In this document: one piece after another, positions 1 to 13,629 of the stretch | How the letters are laid out: every line of letters starts with the position of its first letter | Position numbering within the stretch: position 1 is the first letter of the stretch | Assembly (NCBI GenBank): GCA_951406725.2 | Contig: OX597828.1 | Location: 35,092,001-35,156,000, forward strand | Source: Octopus vulgaris | Taxonomy: Eukaryota | DNA: 64,000 bases | Direction: 5' to 3' | Notes under the pieces: generated by a model | What the model was told of the DNA's origin: nothing | Seen by the model: the letters and a program-made list of their open reading frames with translations, nothing else | Databases searched by the model: none | Position numbers and translations under genes: made by a program

Positions 1-61
<61 letters not shown>

Positions 62-91
62 TATATAATATATTATATATCATATATATAT

Positions 92-158
<67 letters not shown>

Positions 159-248
159 GACCTGTTATATATATATATATATATATATCGAAGCTTTTGT
201 GTTTCTAAAGCACACGATCTCAGATCAAATTAATGGAGTACATCTCCG

Positions 249-286
<38 letters not shown>

Positions 287-502
287 CAATTTTCTAAATG
301 AAAACAATTTTCTAATGCCAAATATGCCGAAATTAGACACATAGTCCATAACCATATAATTCATCCCAATACGCACGCTACTCGAAAAAGGTCGACAGAA
401 ATTTCTAAAAGATTCCATTATTACCATATCGGACCGATGTCAGGGTTAGTTCATAAGAACCCTCCCTTCGTCAGTGATAAATGTGGCAAAGAAATATGTG
501 TA

Positions 503-1345
503 TGTAGGTTTTCGTCACTGTTTACAGTTTTATAGTTATCTTTAAAAGAATTTTTAAACGTATCTTCTAGATGTAATTTTTGACGCTGAATCCGAATTTG
601 TTATTCATTTATTCCAGAAAATTTTTTCAAAAATGTTACGGGTGTTCAAAATTTAATAATTTTCAGAATTTTCAACCAATCAGAAAACAGCGCGTTCGCT
701 ACCTCTTCCATCATCAGGGTGTGGGATATCGGCATGTCAAAACGTGGAACTAGCTACAACAAACAAACCAGCAGGAGTTGCTAGAAATAACAGTTAACAC
801 ATTAAAATGTACACTAAGTTAGCATTAAAACATTCGTGGGAAAATTGAATGTTTTAAAGCTACGATCAAACCAACAGGAGTTGCTAGAAATAACAGTCAC
901 ATTGTTTAAAACAGACGTTTATTAGTTTAAAAGTTTCAAGAACGAAAGTTTACAATACACTCTAGGATTTTATAAAATTAATTATCTTTCTCATATAAAT
1001 TCACATAAATTCACAAAGATAAGAGTCAAGAACAGAACGATGTATTCCATACCAGCGTTTGTTTCCTACACCCCTTTTCCGCATGCGCAGCATCTTTGAT
1101 ACTGCGGAAGCAGAGTATAAAATACTCGCTTTTGGTTACTATGGAAACAGATGTGCGAAATACTCGCTTCTGATTGGTTACTCGCCCAGATTTTGAACAA
1201 TATAAAGACCGATAACTTTTTTTATTGTGGATTTATAGGGGAAATGAATTTCATTTTCATTTTCATAATTAGCATACAAAACTTAATCCATATACCAAAC
1301 TTGAGATCAATTTGAATAGAATTGTAAACAGTGGCGAAAACCACA
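503..1345. mobile_element. Non-autonomous DNA transposon (MITE-like) with terminal and subterminal inverted repeats; superfamily unassigned
   Basis: Left end GGTTTTCGTCACTGTTTACAGTT (507-529) is the reverse complement of AATTGTAAACAGTGGCGAAAACC (1320-1342) with 2 mismatches. Inner inverted segments AACCAATCAGAA / TTCTGATTGGTT and TGTTCAAAAT / ATTTTGAACA. No ORF. Confidence 0.6.
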
Positions 1346-1394
1346 AAGATCCCACACATACATGTACATACCCCCCCCCACACACACATATATA

Positions 1395-1470
<76 letters not shown>

Positions 1471-1678
1471 CGTATATATATATATATATATATAGTATAT
1501 ATATATTATATATATATGTAGCTGGAAGCGTATATAATTACGAACACCAGGACACAAGGGACATATATATATATATGTATGTATGTATATAATTGCAAAT
1601 TTGTTACATTCTTCTTTCTCCAAAAACGAATTTTCCTATTTGTTTGTATATATATATATAGAGAGAGAGAGAGATTTG

Positions 1679-1710
<32 letters not shown>

Positions 1711-2119
1711 TGTATGTATGTATGTATGTATGTATGTATGTGGGTAATGTCTCTATGTGTGTGTGTCTGCGTGCCTGCGGGCATGCATGTGTGTATGCAT
1801 GTCAGTCTGGTTAGATGATGGAGATTTGGAAAATGTTAGGATGGGAGAGTTTCAGCCCTTAGGTCAAGACAGTAATTATTTCAATCATTACTTTTGACCC
1901 CAGGATTGATTTTAAATAACTTTCACCTTTCATACCGGAAGAAGTCAAACGAGTCGCTCATTCTTTTTCTTTTTAGATTTATTTGTTTTACCTTTTTGCA
2001 TTCTTTTTTATTTATATATATATATATATATCATGCTTGCTATACACACAAACATACATGCATGCATACATAAATACGTACACACATACGTACATAAGTA
2101 CATACATACACACACACTT

Positions 2120-2160
<41 letters not shown>

Positions 2161-2205
2161 CACTTACACATATATACGTATATATATAAAGTATGTATTT
2201 ATATG

Positions 2206-2237
<32 letters not shown>

Positions 2238-2277
2238 CATATAAATACATACTTTATATATACGTATATATGTGTAA

Positions 2278-2329
<52 letters not shown>

Positions 2330-2544
2330 TCCCATTCAGTTCATACAATCTATCATTGCTTCCCACTAATACCATTATCCCATAGCTGTATAGATCTATA
2401 GTAATATGTCTATGGTGAAAATGATTAAATAAAAGACTAGTTTTAAATAATAACAAAGAACATCTTTTTACTGTGCCATGCTTGTATCTCGTACATACAC
2501 ATACATGTCTACCTGCCTATATATATATATGAGATCGCCATGTT

Positions 2545-2744
2545 GATTCGCTAGCTTCTGCACGCATTTTTATCCACTCCTTGTTTCTTTCCGTGTTTCT
2601 TTTCTGTGTTTCTTTCTGTTGAAGAGCGGCGGCTCGAAACGTAAAAGACTTGTTTTATTTATATTCCTGAGCGCCATACTAATACAATTGTTTGTTTGTA
2701 TTCCACCTGCCTTCGTCTTTTGTTTATTTTCATAAAGCTTCCCG

Positions 2745-2746
<2 letters not shown>
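2545..2746 (+). mobile_element. Dispersed repeat D copy 1, Penelope-like pseudo-LTR with minimal hammerhead-like motif
   Basis: Homologous to 5250-5432; contains TCTTT-CTGTTGA-A-GAGC-GGCG-GCTC-GAAAC-GTA-AAAGA; ends in (TA)n. Confidence 0.55.
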
Positions 2747-2798
<52 letters not shown>

Positions 2799-3199
2799 AT
2801 GTATGTATGTATGTCTGTATTTATGTGTAGTCTGATTATTTTGTAATGCTTTAAAATGGTGGCATTTATCAAACGTGTTCTATATATTCAAGGCCTTTGT
2901 TGATTGCACATTATACCATTATCGTTGAAGTGGACAATAATCCATGCTGTATTTATTTACATTTTCATAACCGCATTTAAACAACTGAATATTCGGTGTA
3001 AAATTAGTAGCGTTTTTTTTTCTTTTTTGCTGATGTCGTTTTGTTTTTGAATTTGGTTAAAAATTTCTTTCTAAACTATAATTTTGAATCAAAAATCCAA
3101 TTTGGGAAATGACAATCATTGTTTAATTAAATATAATTCACAATCAAATAATTCACTTTTTCTTTTTCTCACCCTGTTTTTTTCTTTCTGTTACCTATT

Positions 3200-3273
<74 letters not shown>

Positions 3274-3754
3274 ACCAATAAATTAAACGGAGAGATTCAA
3301 TTGATAATCCAATAATTAATTTATGTTATATTATAATGTAATATACCATTAAAAAGTCATTAAAAATCCAAAAGAGCCAACGATTTGTTCCGACTTATAT
3401 ACAATATGCCTTTACATGGATCTTAAATTTCACATATGTATATATATATATATATATATATATGCACAGATAAATAGATAGATAGATAAATACATACATA
3501 CATACATACGTACGTACGTAAGAACAAGCATTAACATGCACACTCGCGCGTGCACACACATACACTCACACACACACACAAACACAAATACACACGCACA
3601 CATGCATACACACGCCAGTTAAGGCATCGTCGGGCTGCAGTCCAACGGCGGTTTAACTAACGCAAACTTCGGAGTCACTATCAATAATATCCTTGTTTAA
3701 GAAGGTATGCGAGTGTGTTTGTATGAGTACATACATACATACTTACAGACATAC

Positions 3755-3849
<95 letters not shown>

Positions 3850-3864
3850 CATATATCTATATAT

Positions 3865-4079
3865 CAGCTGTAGAAATGAGTTGCGACGTCACTGGTGCCA
3901 AGCTGTATCGACCTTTGTCTTTCCCTTCGATAACACTGGTGGCGTAGAGAGGGGAGGCTGGTATGCATGGGCGACTGCTGGTCTTCCATAAACAACCTTG
4001 CCCGGACTTGTGTCTAGGAGGGTAACTTTCTAGGTGCAATCCCATGGTCATTCATGACCGAAGGGGTCTTTACCCTTTA
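3865..4079 (+). mobile_element. 3' fragment of an unclassified SINE/LINE
   Basis: GC-richer block between (TA)n runs, ending in hairpin GGTCAT-TC-ATGACC and a TTTACC-type tail, as retroposon 3' ends do. Confidence 0.4.
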
Positions 4080-4152
4080 TATATATACATATATATATAT
4101 ATGTATATATATATTGTGTATATATATATTGTACATATGTGTGTGTATGTGA

Positions 4153-4277
<125 letters not shown>

Positions 4278-4554
4278 TCTCTGAGCTCCCCCAGTGCTGT
4301 CAGCACAACAAGGAAGGGGCCTTCTCCAAACATTCTGATTGCTAGCCTTCCTCCTGGCTCCACTTGTAATTTTGGGTCGAGCAATACCCCGGTGTATTAC
4401 TTACGCAGTACTAAATACGAACACCAAGTTAACCCTACTTTAGACTGGTATTTAAGGAAGTTAACTTGTGCAGGAGCTTCTGGTACTTATTACTGGTATA
4501 ACTAGCTTGGAAATACTGCTTAAAGTAAGATATAAAATAAGGAAGATGAAGATA

Positions 4555-4964
4555 GGCGCAGGAGTGGCTGTGTGGTAAGTAGCTTGCTTACCAACGATAT
4601 GGTTCCGGGTCCAGTCCTACTGCGTGGCACCTTGGGCAAGTGTCTTCTACTATAGCCTCGGACCGACCAAAGCCTTGTGAGTGGATTTCGTAGACGGAAA
4701 CTGAAAGAAGCCCGTCGTGTATATGTATATATATATATATATGTACGTGTGTGTATATGTTTGTGTATCTATGTTTGTCCCCTTCAACATCGCTTGACAA
4801 CCGATGCTGGTGTGTTTACGTAACTTAGCGGTTCGGCAAAAGAGACCGATAGAATGAGTATTAGGCTTATAAAGAATAAGTCCTGGGGTCGATTTGCTCG
4901 ACTAAAGACGGTGCTCCAGCATGGCCACAGTCAAATGACTGAAACAAGTAAAAGAGTAAAGAGT
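4555..4964 (+). mobile_element. SINE family A, full length (tRNA-like head, CORE-like segment, internal microsatellite, RTE-like tail)
   Basis: A-box-like TGGCTGTGTGG, degenerate B box GGTCCAGTCC, CORE-like CACCTTGGGCAAGTG, tail GGTGCTCCAGCATGGCC..CTGAAACAAGTAAAAGAG; near-identical copies elsewhere in the window. Confidence 0.9.
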
Positions 4965-5009
4965 ATATCAAACTAGCATAAGGTTGATACTACTTACAAT
5001 TGGTTCAGA

Positions 5010-5140
5010 ACCATTCTGCTGAAAATCATATGACATATAGATAAGTTATATAAGAACTGTACAAAGCTGTCCAGTGCTGAATTACCCGGAATGGTACGGC
5101 ACGACATCAAAAACGTACTAAACCCTGCTATAATGCATGG
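5010..5140 (+). pseudogene. Highly decayed Penelope-like GIY-YIG endonuclease fragment
   Basis: Manual translation gives KLYKNCTKLSS, like the Penelope Y.N.T.LS motif; lies just upstream of repeat D copy 2 in the same orientation. Confidence 0.3.
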
Positions 5141-5249
5141 CACATATATATGTGGGAATTTACATAAAAACAAAAGACGAAGACGGGTGTGTAAACAACA
5201 AACATTTATTTATTTAACGCACGCACACACACATATATATATGCACATA

Positions 5250-5432
5250 GATCGCTGGCCACAACACATTCTTTATTTTCTCTCCTTGTTTCTTTCTGTG
5301 TTCCTTTCTGTCGAAGAGCATAGGCTCGAAACGTTAAAAACTTTTCGCTACACGAGCGTTATACTAATACATCTGATTGTTGTCTACACCCCCTGACCTC
5401 GTCTTTTGTTTTTATTTTTGTGAATTCTCCCT
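5250..5432 (+). mobile_element. Dispersed repeat D copy 2, Penelope-like pseudo-LTR
   Basis: Homologous to 2545-2746; contains CTGTCGA-A-GAGC-ATAG-GCTC-GAAAC-GTTA. Confidence 0.55.
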
Positions 5433-6050
5433 ATATATACACATATGTATAAATATCATATACACACATGTATACACACACACACATACACACACGCACA
5501 CACACACACACACATACACATACACATACAAACACACACAGGCATATATATACATATTGTCTTTCTGCATAGTTTCCATCTACCTTATTGCGCTCACCAG
5601 ATATTGATAAACCCGAATATATGGTAGCAGACACTCGTTCAAGTTGTACAATACCTTCGAATCCAAGACCGAGAGGATATGAAGGAAACTTTTTAATAAT
5701 CAAGCAGTCCTGCCTACATCCATATTTACGCACATACACACCCTCAAGCATATATGTGTACGTGTATGCGTGTGTGTATGCACGTGTGTGTGCGTGTGTA
5801 AGTAATTTATTGAAAGCTTAAACTTAACGCATCATTTCATTACCGTTACTAAGAATATATCGGTTCCGACCTTTTGAAAATTGGATCAAACAACAAGTTT
5901 ATGATAAGCATACAAAAATGGCAGACTGGATAAAATGAGTTAAGAATCTTACTGGTTAGTGTGATGACAATTATATAAACCAAAAATGATGTTACTCAAT
6001 GTCTCTGATTCTTTGTCTCTAATTGCATTGCCCTAAACAATTCTCTTAAT

Positions 6051-6276
6051 GGTCTGGCAGAAACGTTAGCACGCTGGGCGAAATGCTTAGCGGTATTTCG
6101 TCTGCTGTTACGTTCTGAGTTCAAATTCCGCCGAGGTCGACTTTGCCTTTCATCCTTTTGGGGTCGATAAATTAAGTGCCAGTTACACACTGGGGTCGAT
6201 GTAATCGACTTAATACCTATGTCTGTCCTTGTTTGTCCCCTCTATGTTTAGCCCCTTGTGGGTTATAAAGAAATAG
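6051..6276 (+). mobile_element. SINE family B (tRNA-like head, GAAATA tail)
   Basis: A-box-like TGGCAGAAACG, B box GAGTTCAAATTCC, body GCCTTTCATCCTTT..GGGGTCGATAAATTAAG, tail GCCCCTTGTGGG..AAAGAAATA. Confidence 0.9.
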
Positions 6277-7330
6277 GTAATAGGAAAACTTTAGTCTATA
6301 GATCTAACGAACAATTCACCAATAAAAATATGCAAAACAGAAAACGGTAATTCTTTTAAGACACGTTTTTATTAATATAGTCAATCATTCAGAAATTCAG
6401 AAAGAAAATTTACGGTGAAACTTTACAAATATTTTGGGCTAAATACAAAAGAAAAAAAAAAGGAAATCTTGTGACGTTTTAAATGAAATAAATATAATTC
6501 TTGAATATATTTTTAAAATATACGCCTAACGTTTCATACGAGGTTTTGCTGTACTTTCATTTTTATGTTTTTACAAGACATCCATTGATTTGTGAGCTGA
6601 AATATTTTGAAGGTCGATGCAATCACTACTGCAGAATGTAATACAGAATGTACCACAGATTTCAAGAATTGTCTCTAATTTTGGAACTGGATCACATCGA
6701 CACAAGTTCAATGAACTCAGAACTGAACACATCATATAAAGAGCCGGAATAAGGGACAAAAGCGAAAAGTATTTTATCCGATGCTCTAGTGAATCATCCG
6801 ATCGATATCTATATCCATACTTGTTTTAGGAGCCAATAAACCTCTTAAAAGAAACTCAAGACATTAAGGAAGAATGAAACGAAAGTTTTAGGCGCCAGTC
6901 TTACTGCTTTGCATATCAGTTCGTTCACAGGAAGTGCGTATTAATTATCAACCGCATTCTATTTACAAAGCGAAGTTGAACGCTTGCTTGTTTATTAAAG
7001 ATACATGTATGAACTTATTCACAATATTGTAACTTATCCACTTATCGTTGTCTCAGCAATTCATTTCAATAATTAATTAAAAGCACTGTCAATGAACGTG
7101 CTGATATGCAAATCAGTAAATTTGGCGCCAAATTTACTCGTCAAATTTTTTCGTACACAATCTGCAAGCTTCTTGTTATTTTTGTAGGATAAACACGAGT
7201 AGAAATTCGCAGAGAAATGAGTAATAATCTACCGAAACTAGTCGTGTTGTTCTCAGATTTGTTCTACGAAAAGGCAGCGAGAGCCCTGCGATTTAACACA
7301 TTCTATAATTACACGGCAATGTGCATATCT

Positions 7331-7500
7331 TTTATCTTTACTTGTTTCAGTTACTGGACTATGGCCATGCAGGAGCACCGCCTTGTAGAGTTTTAGGTGA
7401 TGATCAGATTGATGCTAGTGCTTATTTTGAAGTCTGATAATATTCTATCGCTACCTTTTGCCGAACCGCTAATGTATCGGGATGTAAATAAACCAACGCC
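7331..7500 (-). mobile_element. SINE A 3' half, degenerate
   Basis: Reverse complement of the family A tail and the GCGGTTCGGCAAAAG segment. Confidence 0.75.
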
Positions 7501-7630
7501 AGTATATATATGTGTGTGTGTGTGTGTGCGTGTGTGCATGTATGTGTAGGCTCGGGCACACACACAAACATACATATACACACACACATATATGTATAAG
7601 TGTGTGTGTATACATCTATGTATATGTGTG

Positions 7631-7690
<60 letters not shown>

Positions 7691-7719
7691 CATTTTTTAA
7701 TATTTAATCAGACCGTCAC

Positions 7720-8206
7720 CATTACCACTATTATCACCATTATCATTATCATTTTAATCATCACCATCACTGAGAACCATCTATATAACCATCTCTAGAA
7801 AATCGGCACCACCACCACCACCGCCGCCACCACCACCACCATTATCACCACCACCACCACCACCACTATCATCATCATCATCATCATCACCATCATCATG
7901 GTCATCATTCTCTTCGTCACATTGTCAGGTATTATTTGAACTTTATACTTCATGGCGTTGAAGGAAAAATAATTGTTGTTGCTGCTGCAGTTGTTGTGGT
8001 TGTTGTTGTTGTTGTTGTTGTATAGAGCAAGAATGTTTTTGTTGATTCCTAAATTAGAAATACCAGAAACAACTTCTTCTTCTCTCTGACCCAAAGAATT
8101 CCATTGCCAAGTGGAACTCCATGGCAACCAACCAGATGAACGTTGAACATCTCTAGCAACCGATTTCACTCCACATCTCTCTCTCTCTCTCCATCTTTCT
8201 CTCTCT

Positions 8207-8243
<37 letters not shown>

Positions 8244-8428
8244 TCTTACTTTCGCTCCCTCACTCCCGACCGCCATCCACACTTCACTCTTTCACTCATC
8301 CTCTGCCTTCTCCCCGCTCGATCCTCTCATATTCTCACACTCGCCTCGCACACAATTTCTTTCGATCCATCATTTTCACTCATCAAACTACGACACATAT
8401 ATTGTCATATGCCGGAGAAAGCAGCAGT

Positions 8429-8463
<35 letters not shown>

Positions 8464-8619
8464 TAGTAGTAGCAGTAGTAGTAGTGATGGTGGTGTCCTT
8501 CGTTGTAGTAGTGCTAGTGGTGTTGACGGTGATACTATAATTATTATTATTATTATCATTATTATTATTATTATTATTGTTGTTGTTGTTGTTGTTGTTG
8601 TTATTATTATTATTATTAT

Positions 8620-8670
<51 letters not shown>

Positions 8671-8943
8671 CATCTGGTGCAGTCGCAGCAAAGTGCAGCA
8701 AGAGAACAACACCACAGCAGCAACATCTGCAGCAATTCTAGCAGTAGCGACAAAGACTAAGAGAGAGAGAGAGGAGGAGAGAGAGAGAGGAGGAGAGAGA
8801 GAGAGAGAGAGAGAGTATGTCAATGTGTATATATGCACGCATGCGTGTGTGTGTGTGTGTGTGTGTGTGTGGTGCTAAAAATGTTCGTTGCAGCTGCAAC
8901 GGTGGGGGCGTGTTGAGTTAGATGCAGCAAAACAAAATATATA

Positions 8944-8976
<33 letters not shown>

Positions 8977-9104
8977 GAAAAGAAAAAACAAAAACAAAAG
9001 CAAGCAGGCAAATAAACAAATAAGCAAACAAAAATTTAGCAGCAACTGCCTGCAAATTGCAACAGTAGAAGAAGCAGCAACAGCAGCAGCAGCAGAAGCG
9101 ACAA

Positions 9105-9136
<32 letters not shown>

Positions 9137-9259
9137 AAATCTACAAACAGCAGTAACACAAAAAAAAAACAACAAAAACAAAACAGCATTAGCAACATTA
9201 GCAACACCAGGAACTTCAAAGGAAATAGTTACAGAATGAAAACTGCAGCGGAAGCAAAT

Positions 9260-9291
<32 letters not shown>

Positions 9292-9555
9292 AGGAAGGAA
9301 AGAAAGAAGGAAAGAAAGAAAGAGAGAAAGAAAGAAAGAACATAAATAAATAAAAAAAGACAAAGAAAAGAAGAAAAAAGATGCACCATTATCAACAACA
9401 ACAACAACAACAACTGTATTAGCAACATCAATGACAACGGTAACACAAGCACAAAAGCAACAACACCGGTAGCAGCAGCAGCAGTAGTTTTAATTATTGC
9501 TGTTGTTGTTGTTGTGGTGGTGGTGGTGGTGGTGGTAGTAGTGTTTGTGGCAATA

Positions 9556-9595
<40 letters not shown>

Positions 9596-9665
9596 GTTGG
9601 TGGTGGTGGTAGTAGTAGTTGTAGTAGTGGTGGTGGTGGTGGTGGTGGTGGTAGTAGTAGTTGTT

Positions 9666-9697
<32 letters not shown>

Positions 9698-9737
9698 GGT
9701 GGTGGTGGTGGTAGTAGTTGTAGTAGTAGTAGTTGTG

Positions 9738-9779
<42 letters not shown>

Positions 9780-9928
9780 TTTCGTAGTGCAACAGCAAGC
9801 AATAGTGTCAACGGCGATAGCTGCACTGTACTGCAACTATTTTAGCAGCAGCTGCTGTCACAACAGCGACGACAACAACAACAGCGACAATAACAACAAC
9901 AACAACAACAATAGCAGCAACAATAGCG

Positions 9929-10004
<76 letters not shown>

Positions 10005-10594
10005 CACCGCCATTACCACCACCACCACCAAGAACTAATGTTTTATAGTAAGCCGAGAACAACAATAGGAATTACAAGAACATCGGTAATGACAACAACA
10101 ACAACAACAACATCGACATCAACAACAATAGTAGCTGTTATAATGATTGAATATCAACGTGGTTGATAGACTTGCTAGAAACAACAGCCGCATCTCTTTC
10201 AAAGTACATCGATAAGGGGAGGAAAAAGAGAGACACACAGACAGATAGACAGACAGACGGAGAAACGATAGAAACATCGGTCATGGCTGAAAGCCACTAC
10301 TGCATCGTTATTGTTGTCGTCGTCGTCGTCATCATCATCATCATCATCATCATCATCGTCATCATGTGTCTGATTGATCAGGGCTGACAACAACAACAAC
10401 AAATGCATTAAATAGAAGCTGCAAAAGTGGTTACATCATCATCATCATCATCATCATCGTCGTCGTCGTCGTCATCAACGTCACAACCATCATCATCATC
10501 ACAATCAATAAGAACAATAAATTTTCTACTACTACTACTACTACTTCTACTACAACTACTTCTACTGCTGCTGCTGCTGCTTCTGGTGCTGGTG

Positions 10595-10640
<46 letters not shown>

Positions 10641-10650
10641 AAATAATAAT
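7720..10650. repeat. Compound trinucleotide microsatellite island (CAC, CAT, GTT, AGT, AGC, ATT, AAC, CTA) with (CT)n, (GA)n and (AAAG)n
   Basis: Directly visible simple repeats separated by short unique spacers. Confidence 0.9.
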
Positions 10651-10654
10651 AATG

Positions 10655-11405
10655 ATCTTTTCTTATTTTGGCAAAAGGGTCGCAAATTTAAGAGGAGAGG
10701 CATTGTCATTTACACCGACCCCAGTACTCAGCTGGTACTTATTTCACTGACTCCGAAAGGGCGAAAGGCAAAGTCAATCTCGGCAGAATTTGAACTCAGA
10801 TCTTAAAGGTGGACGAAAATGACGCCAAACATTTTGTTCGACGCACTCAGGATTTCTGCCCGCTCGCCGCCTTAATAACAATAATCCTATCTACTACAGA
10901 CAAAAGACCTGGAATTTGGTCGGGGGCGGGGCGGAGGCTAGTCGATTATATCAACCCTAGTACATGACTGGTACTTATTGTATCGATCCAGAAATGATGA
11001 ACGGCAAAGTCAAACTCGACGGAATTTGAACTAAAGGCGGACGAAAAGTTGCTAACCGCTTTGTCCGGCTTGCAAACGATTTTGTTAGCTTGCATCCTTA
11101 GCATTGACAAAAATAACACTAAAATTAGCAACAACAACAATAATGACACCGCTAACAACAACAATAACAACAACAGGAACATTGTTATTTTTGTTGTAGC
11201 AATAAAAACAACAACAACGCAACAACATGAATAACGGAAGCCCTAATTGTTTCCAAAGTAGGCATAAGGCCAGGGATTTGCGGTGAGGGGAGGAGTTAGG
11301 TGATTAAATCGAAACAAGTACATGACTGGTACTTTATTATATATCAATCCCGGAGAGAGATGAAAGGAGAGAAGGACCTCGGCGGGATTTGAACTCAGAA
11401 CGTAA
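10655..11405 (-). mobile_element. Cluster of three degenerate SINE B copies (about 10655-10873, 10885-11100, 11245-11405)
   Basis: Each carries reverse-complement B box ATTTGAACT and the body motif CTGGTACTT..GAAAGG; same orientation. Confidence 0.8.
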
Positions 11406-11461
11406 CAGTAACAAAGATGATAATGACAACAGCGTGTTAACGAACGTAGGAGCTTCTTCGA

Positions 11462-11512
11462 GGTCGGTCGGGCGGTCGGTCGGTCGCTCGGTCGGTCGCT
11501 CGGTCGCTCGCC
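11462..11512. repeat. (GGTC)n / (GGTCGCTC)n repeat
   Basis: Visible tetra- and octanucleotide repeat, CpG-rich. Confidence 0.85.
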
Positions 11513-11759
11513 TTGCTGAAAATTTTAACTAAATCTTTCTCAAATCTTTATCGCTTTAGAAAAAAAAAATCTTTGGATAACATGATGCTGGCTAATCTGT
11601 GTCTAAAGAAAAAATACTGGTTGGGCACGGTTAGAATGTCTTTGTGCTCCCATCTAAAGAAGAACAACATCAACGGCATCAAAAGCAAACGTAGGAATGA
11701 CAGTAGTTATTTTGATATCAACAACCATAATGATAAGCATAACGCTAGCGATGACAGAA

Positions 11760-12135
11760 GCTTCCATAGCAACAGCGTAACAACAGAAACCATGGCAACG
11801 TCGGTAGAAACAGTAACCATGGCAACATCGATAACCACAGCTGACCATATAGAAAGAAAGCTAAGCACGACAACGCCTATAAGAACGGAAAGTATGACAA
11901 CTGCTGCAACAACGGTAACCATGGGAACAACGCTTAGATCAGTAACTATGACAACAGGTGTAACAGCAACCACCATGTTACAATGGTAGCATCAATAGCT
12001 ATGACAACAGAGTTAACAACAATAACCTTGGCAACAGCGGTAATAACAATAGCCATGGCAACAGTGATAACAAATGAAACATGGCAAGAACAGCTACAGC
12101 GGTAACCATGGTAACTGCGGTAACATCAGTAACAA
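11760..12135. repeat. Degenerate 27-bp minisatellite with consensus near GTAACCATGGCAACAGCGGTAACAACA
   Basis: Core recurs at 11787, 11813, 11915, 11942, 11995, 12021, 12048, 12076 and 12102, i.e. at multiples of about 26-27 bp. Confidence 0.75.
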
Positions 12136-12629
12136 CGGAATCTGATCTCAAAACATAAAGCCGGAAAAAAGCTGGCTAAGTGTTTTGTCCGGCGTGCTAA
12201 CGATTTTCCAACCTTTGGCTTCAAAATTTAGCACAAGGTCATCAAAATTGCATCGACCCCAGAATTCAACTGGTACTAATTTTAGGGACCCCGAATACAG
12301 TACGTAAAAGCAAGCTAAAATGCCGCAAAGCCTTTGGTCCGGCGCACCGTTTTAATATTATTGGTTGCTAAGTCATTGGTTGAACAACCCTGTTGAGACA
12401 CCCTCATAAGCTTATGTTGAGCGTGTGCAAAATATACACACAAACAAACTATTCAGCCATCCCATTCTTATATGCACGAAGTTCTCTTTAGAATCGTGGG
12501 TTCCTGGGTTCAGTTCCACTATGCAAGACCTTAATGTCTTCTGCCATTGGCTTTATAGCTTTCTAATCGATGTGTCAATACCAACAAATGAGAACATTCT
12601 CTCTAAAAGAAATGGAGAAACTTTCAAAA

Positions 12630-13466
12630 GGAAAGAACGCATGGACAAGTTCGTAGGGATGTTGAAGATGGGGCAGACAGAGAAAAAAGATGGCTATGAA
12701 TGACTGAAAGTGATTTAAAACCGGAAACGGAGGCTCTAATCTCTGCTGCCCAAGAGCAAGCACTAAGAACGAATTACATCAAATACAGAATAGACAACAC
12801 ATCAGAAAGTGATAAGTGCAGAATCTGTGGACAAAATGGTGAAACCGTATGGCATATTACCAGTCAATGTACGCCACTAGCCCAGAAAAAATATAAGAGA
12901 CGTCATGACAATATAGCGAGGATTATCCATTGGACGCTCTGTAACAAGTATGGACTTGACAGAGCAAAAAGTTGGGATGACGGCAAACCTGAAGGTATCA
13001 TCGAAAATAGAAATGCAAAGATCCTATGGGATCTTATGATTCAGTGCGACCATAAGATAGAGAATAGGAAGCCAGACATAGTCTTAATTGAGAAAGAAAG
13101 CAAACGATGCTGGATCATAGATATAGCATGCCCAGCTGACAACAAGGTATGCGATAAGGAAGAAAGAAAAGTCGAGAGATATGACAGGTTAGCTTGGGAA
13201 GTTAAGCAGTTGTGGTCGATGAAAAAAGGTGGTAGTAATACAAATGATTGTTGGAGCCCTGGGAATAGTGAGTAAAAATCTTGAGAAGTACATGGAACAA
13301 ATAGGGGCTGCAATAAGGGTGGATCACTTGCAGAAAGTAGCACTGCTTGGAACCACACGAATACTCTGGATGGTGCTCGAAAAATAAAGGGTGTTACCTT
13401 AGTTCACTGGTAGTGAACAGCTGGCACGCTAGTACATCTCCAGCGTTAGAAGCTGTGCAAAGGCAA
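12630..13466 (+). mobile_element. 5'-truncated R4/Dong-like non-LTR retrotransposon (zinc knuckle + restriction-like endonuclease)
   Basis: ORF 12700-13275: ETEALISAAQEQAL, CCHC knuckle CRIC..ETVWHITSQC, RRHD, KPDIV..IIDIACP, K..RY. A frameshift at the A-run near 13222 continues as VG(A)LG..LQKVALLGT. The 3' UTR abuts (AAT)n. Confidence 0.9.
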
Positions 13467-13469
13467 TGA

Positions 13470-13590
<121 letters not shown>

Positions 13591-13629
13591 AATCCTCTCT
13601 ATGCTAGGCACAAGGCCTGAAATTTGGGA

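Noticed and set aside
6570-6760. Possible short exon after a pyrimidine-rich AG
   Set aside because: Stops in all plus-strand frames within a short distance and no recognisable product.
12700-13275. Host zinc-finger nuclease gene
   Set aside because: It is the truncated, frameshifted C-terminus of an R4/Dong-like LINE ORF.
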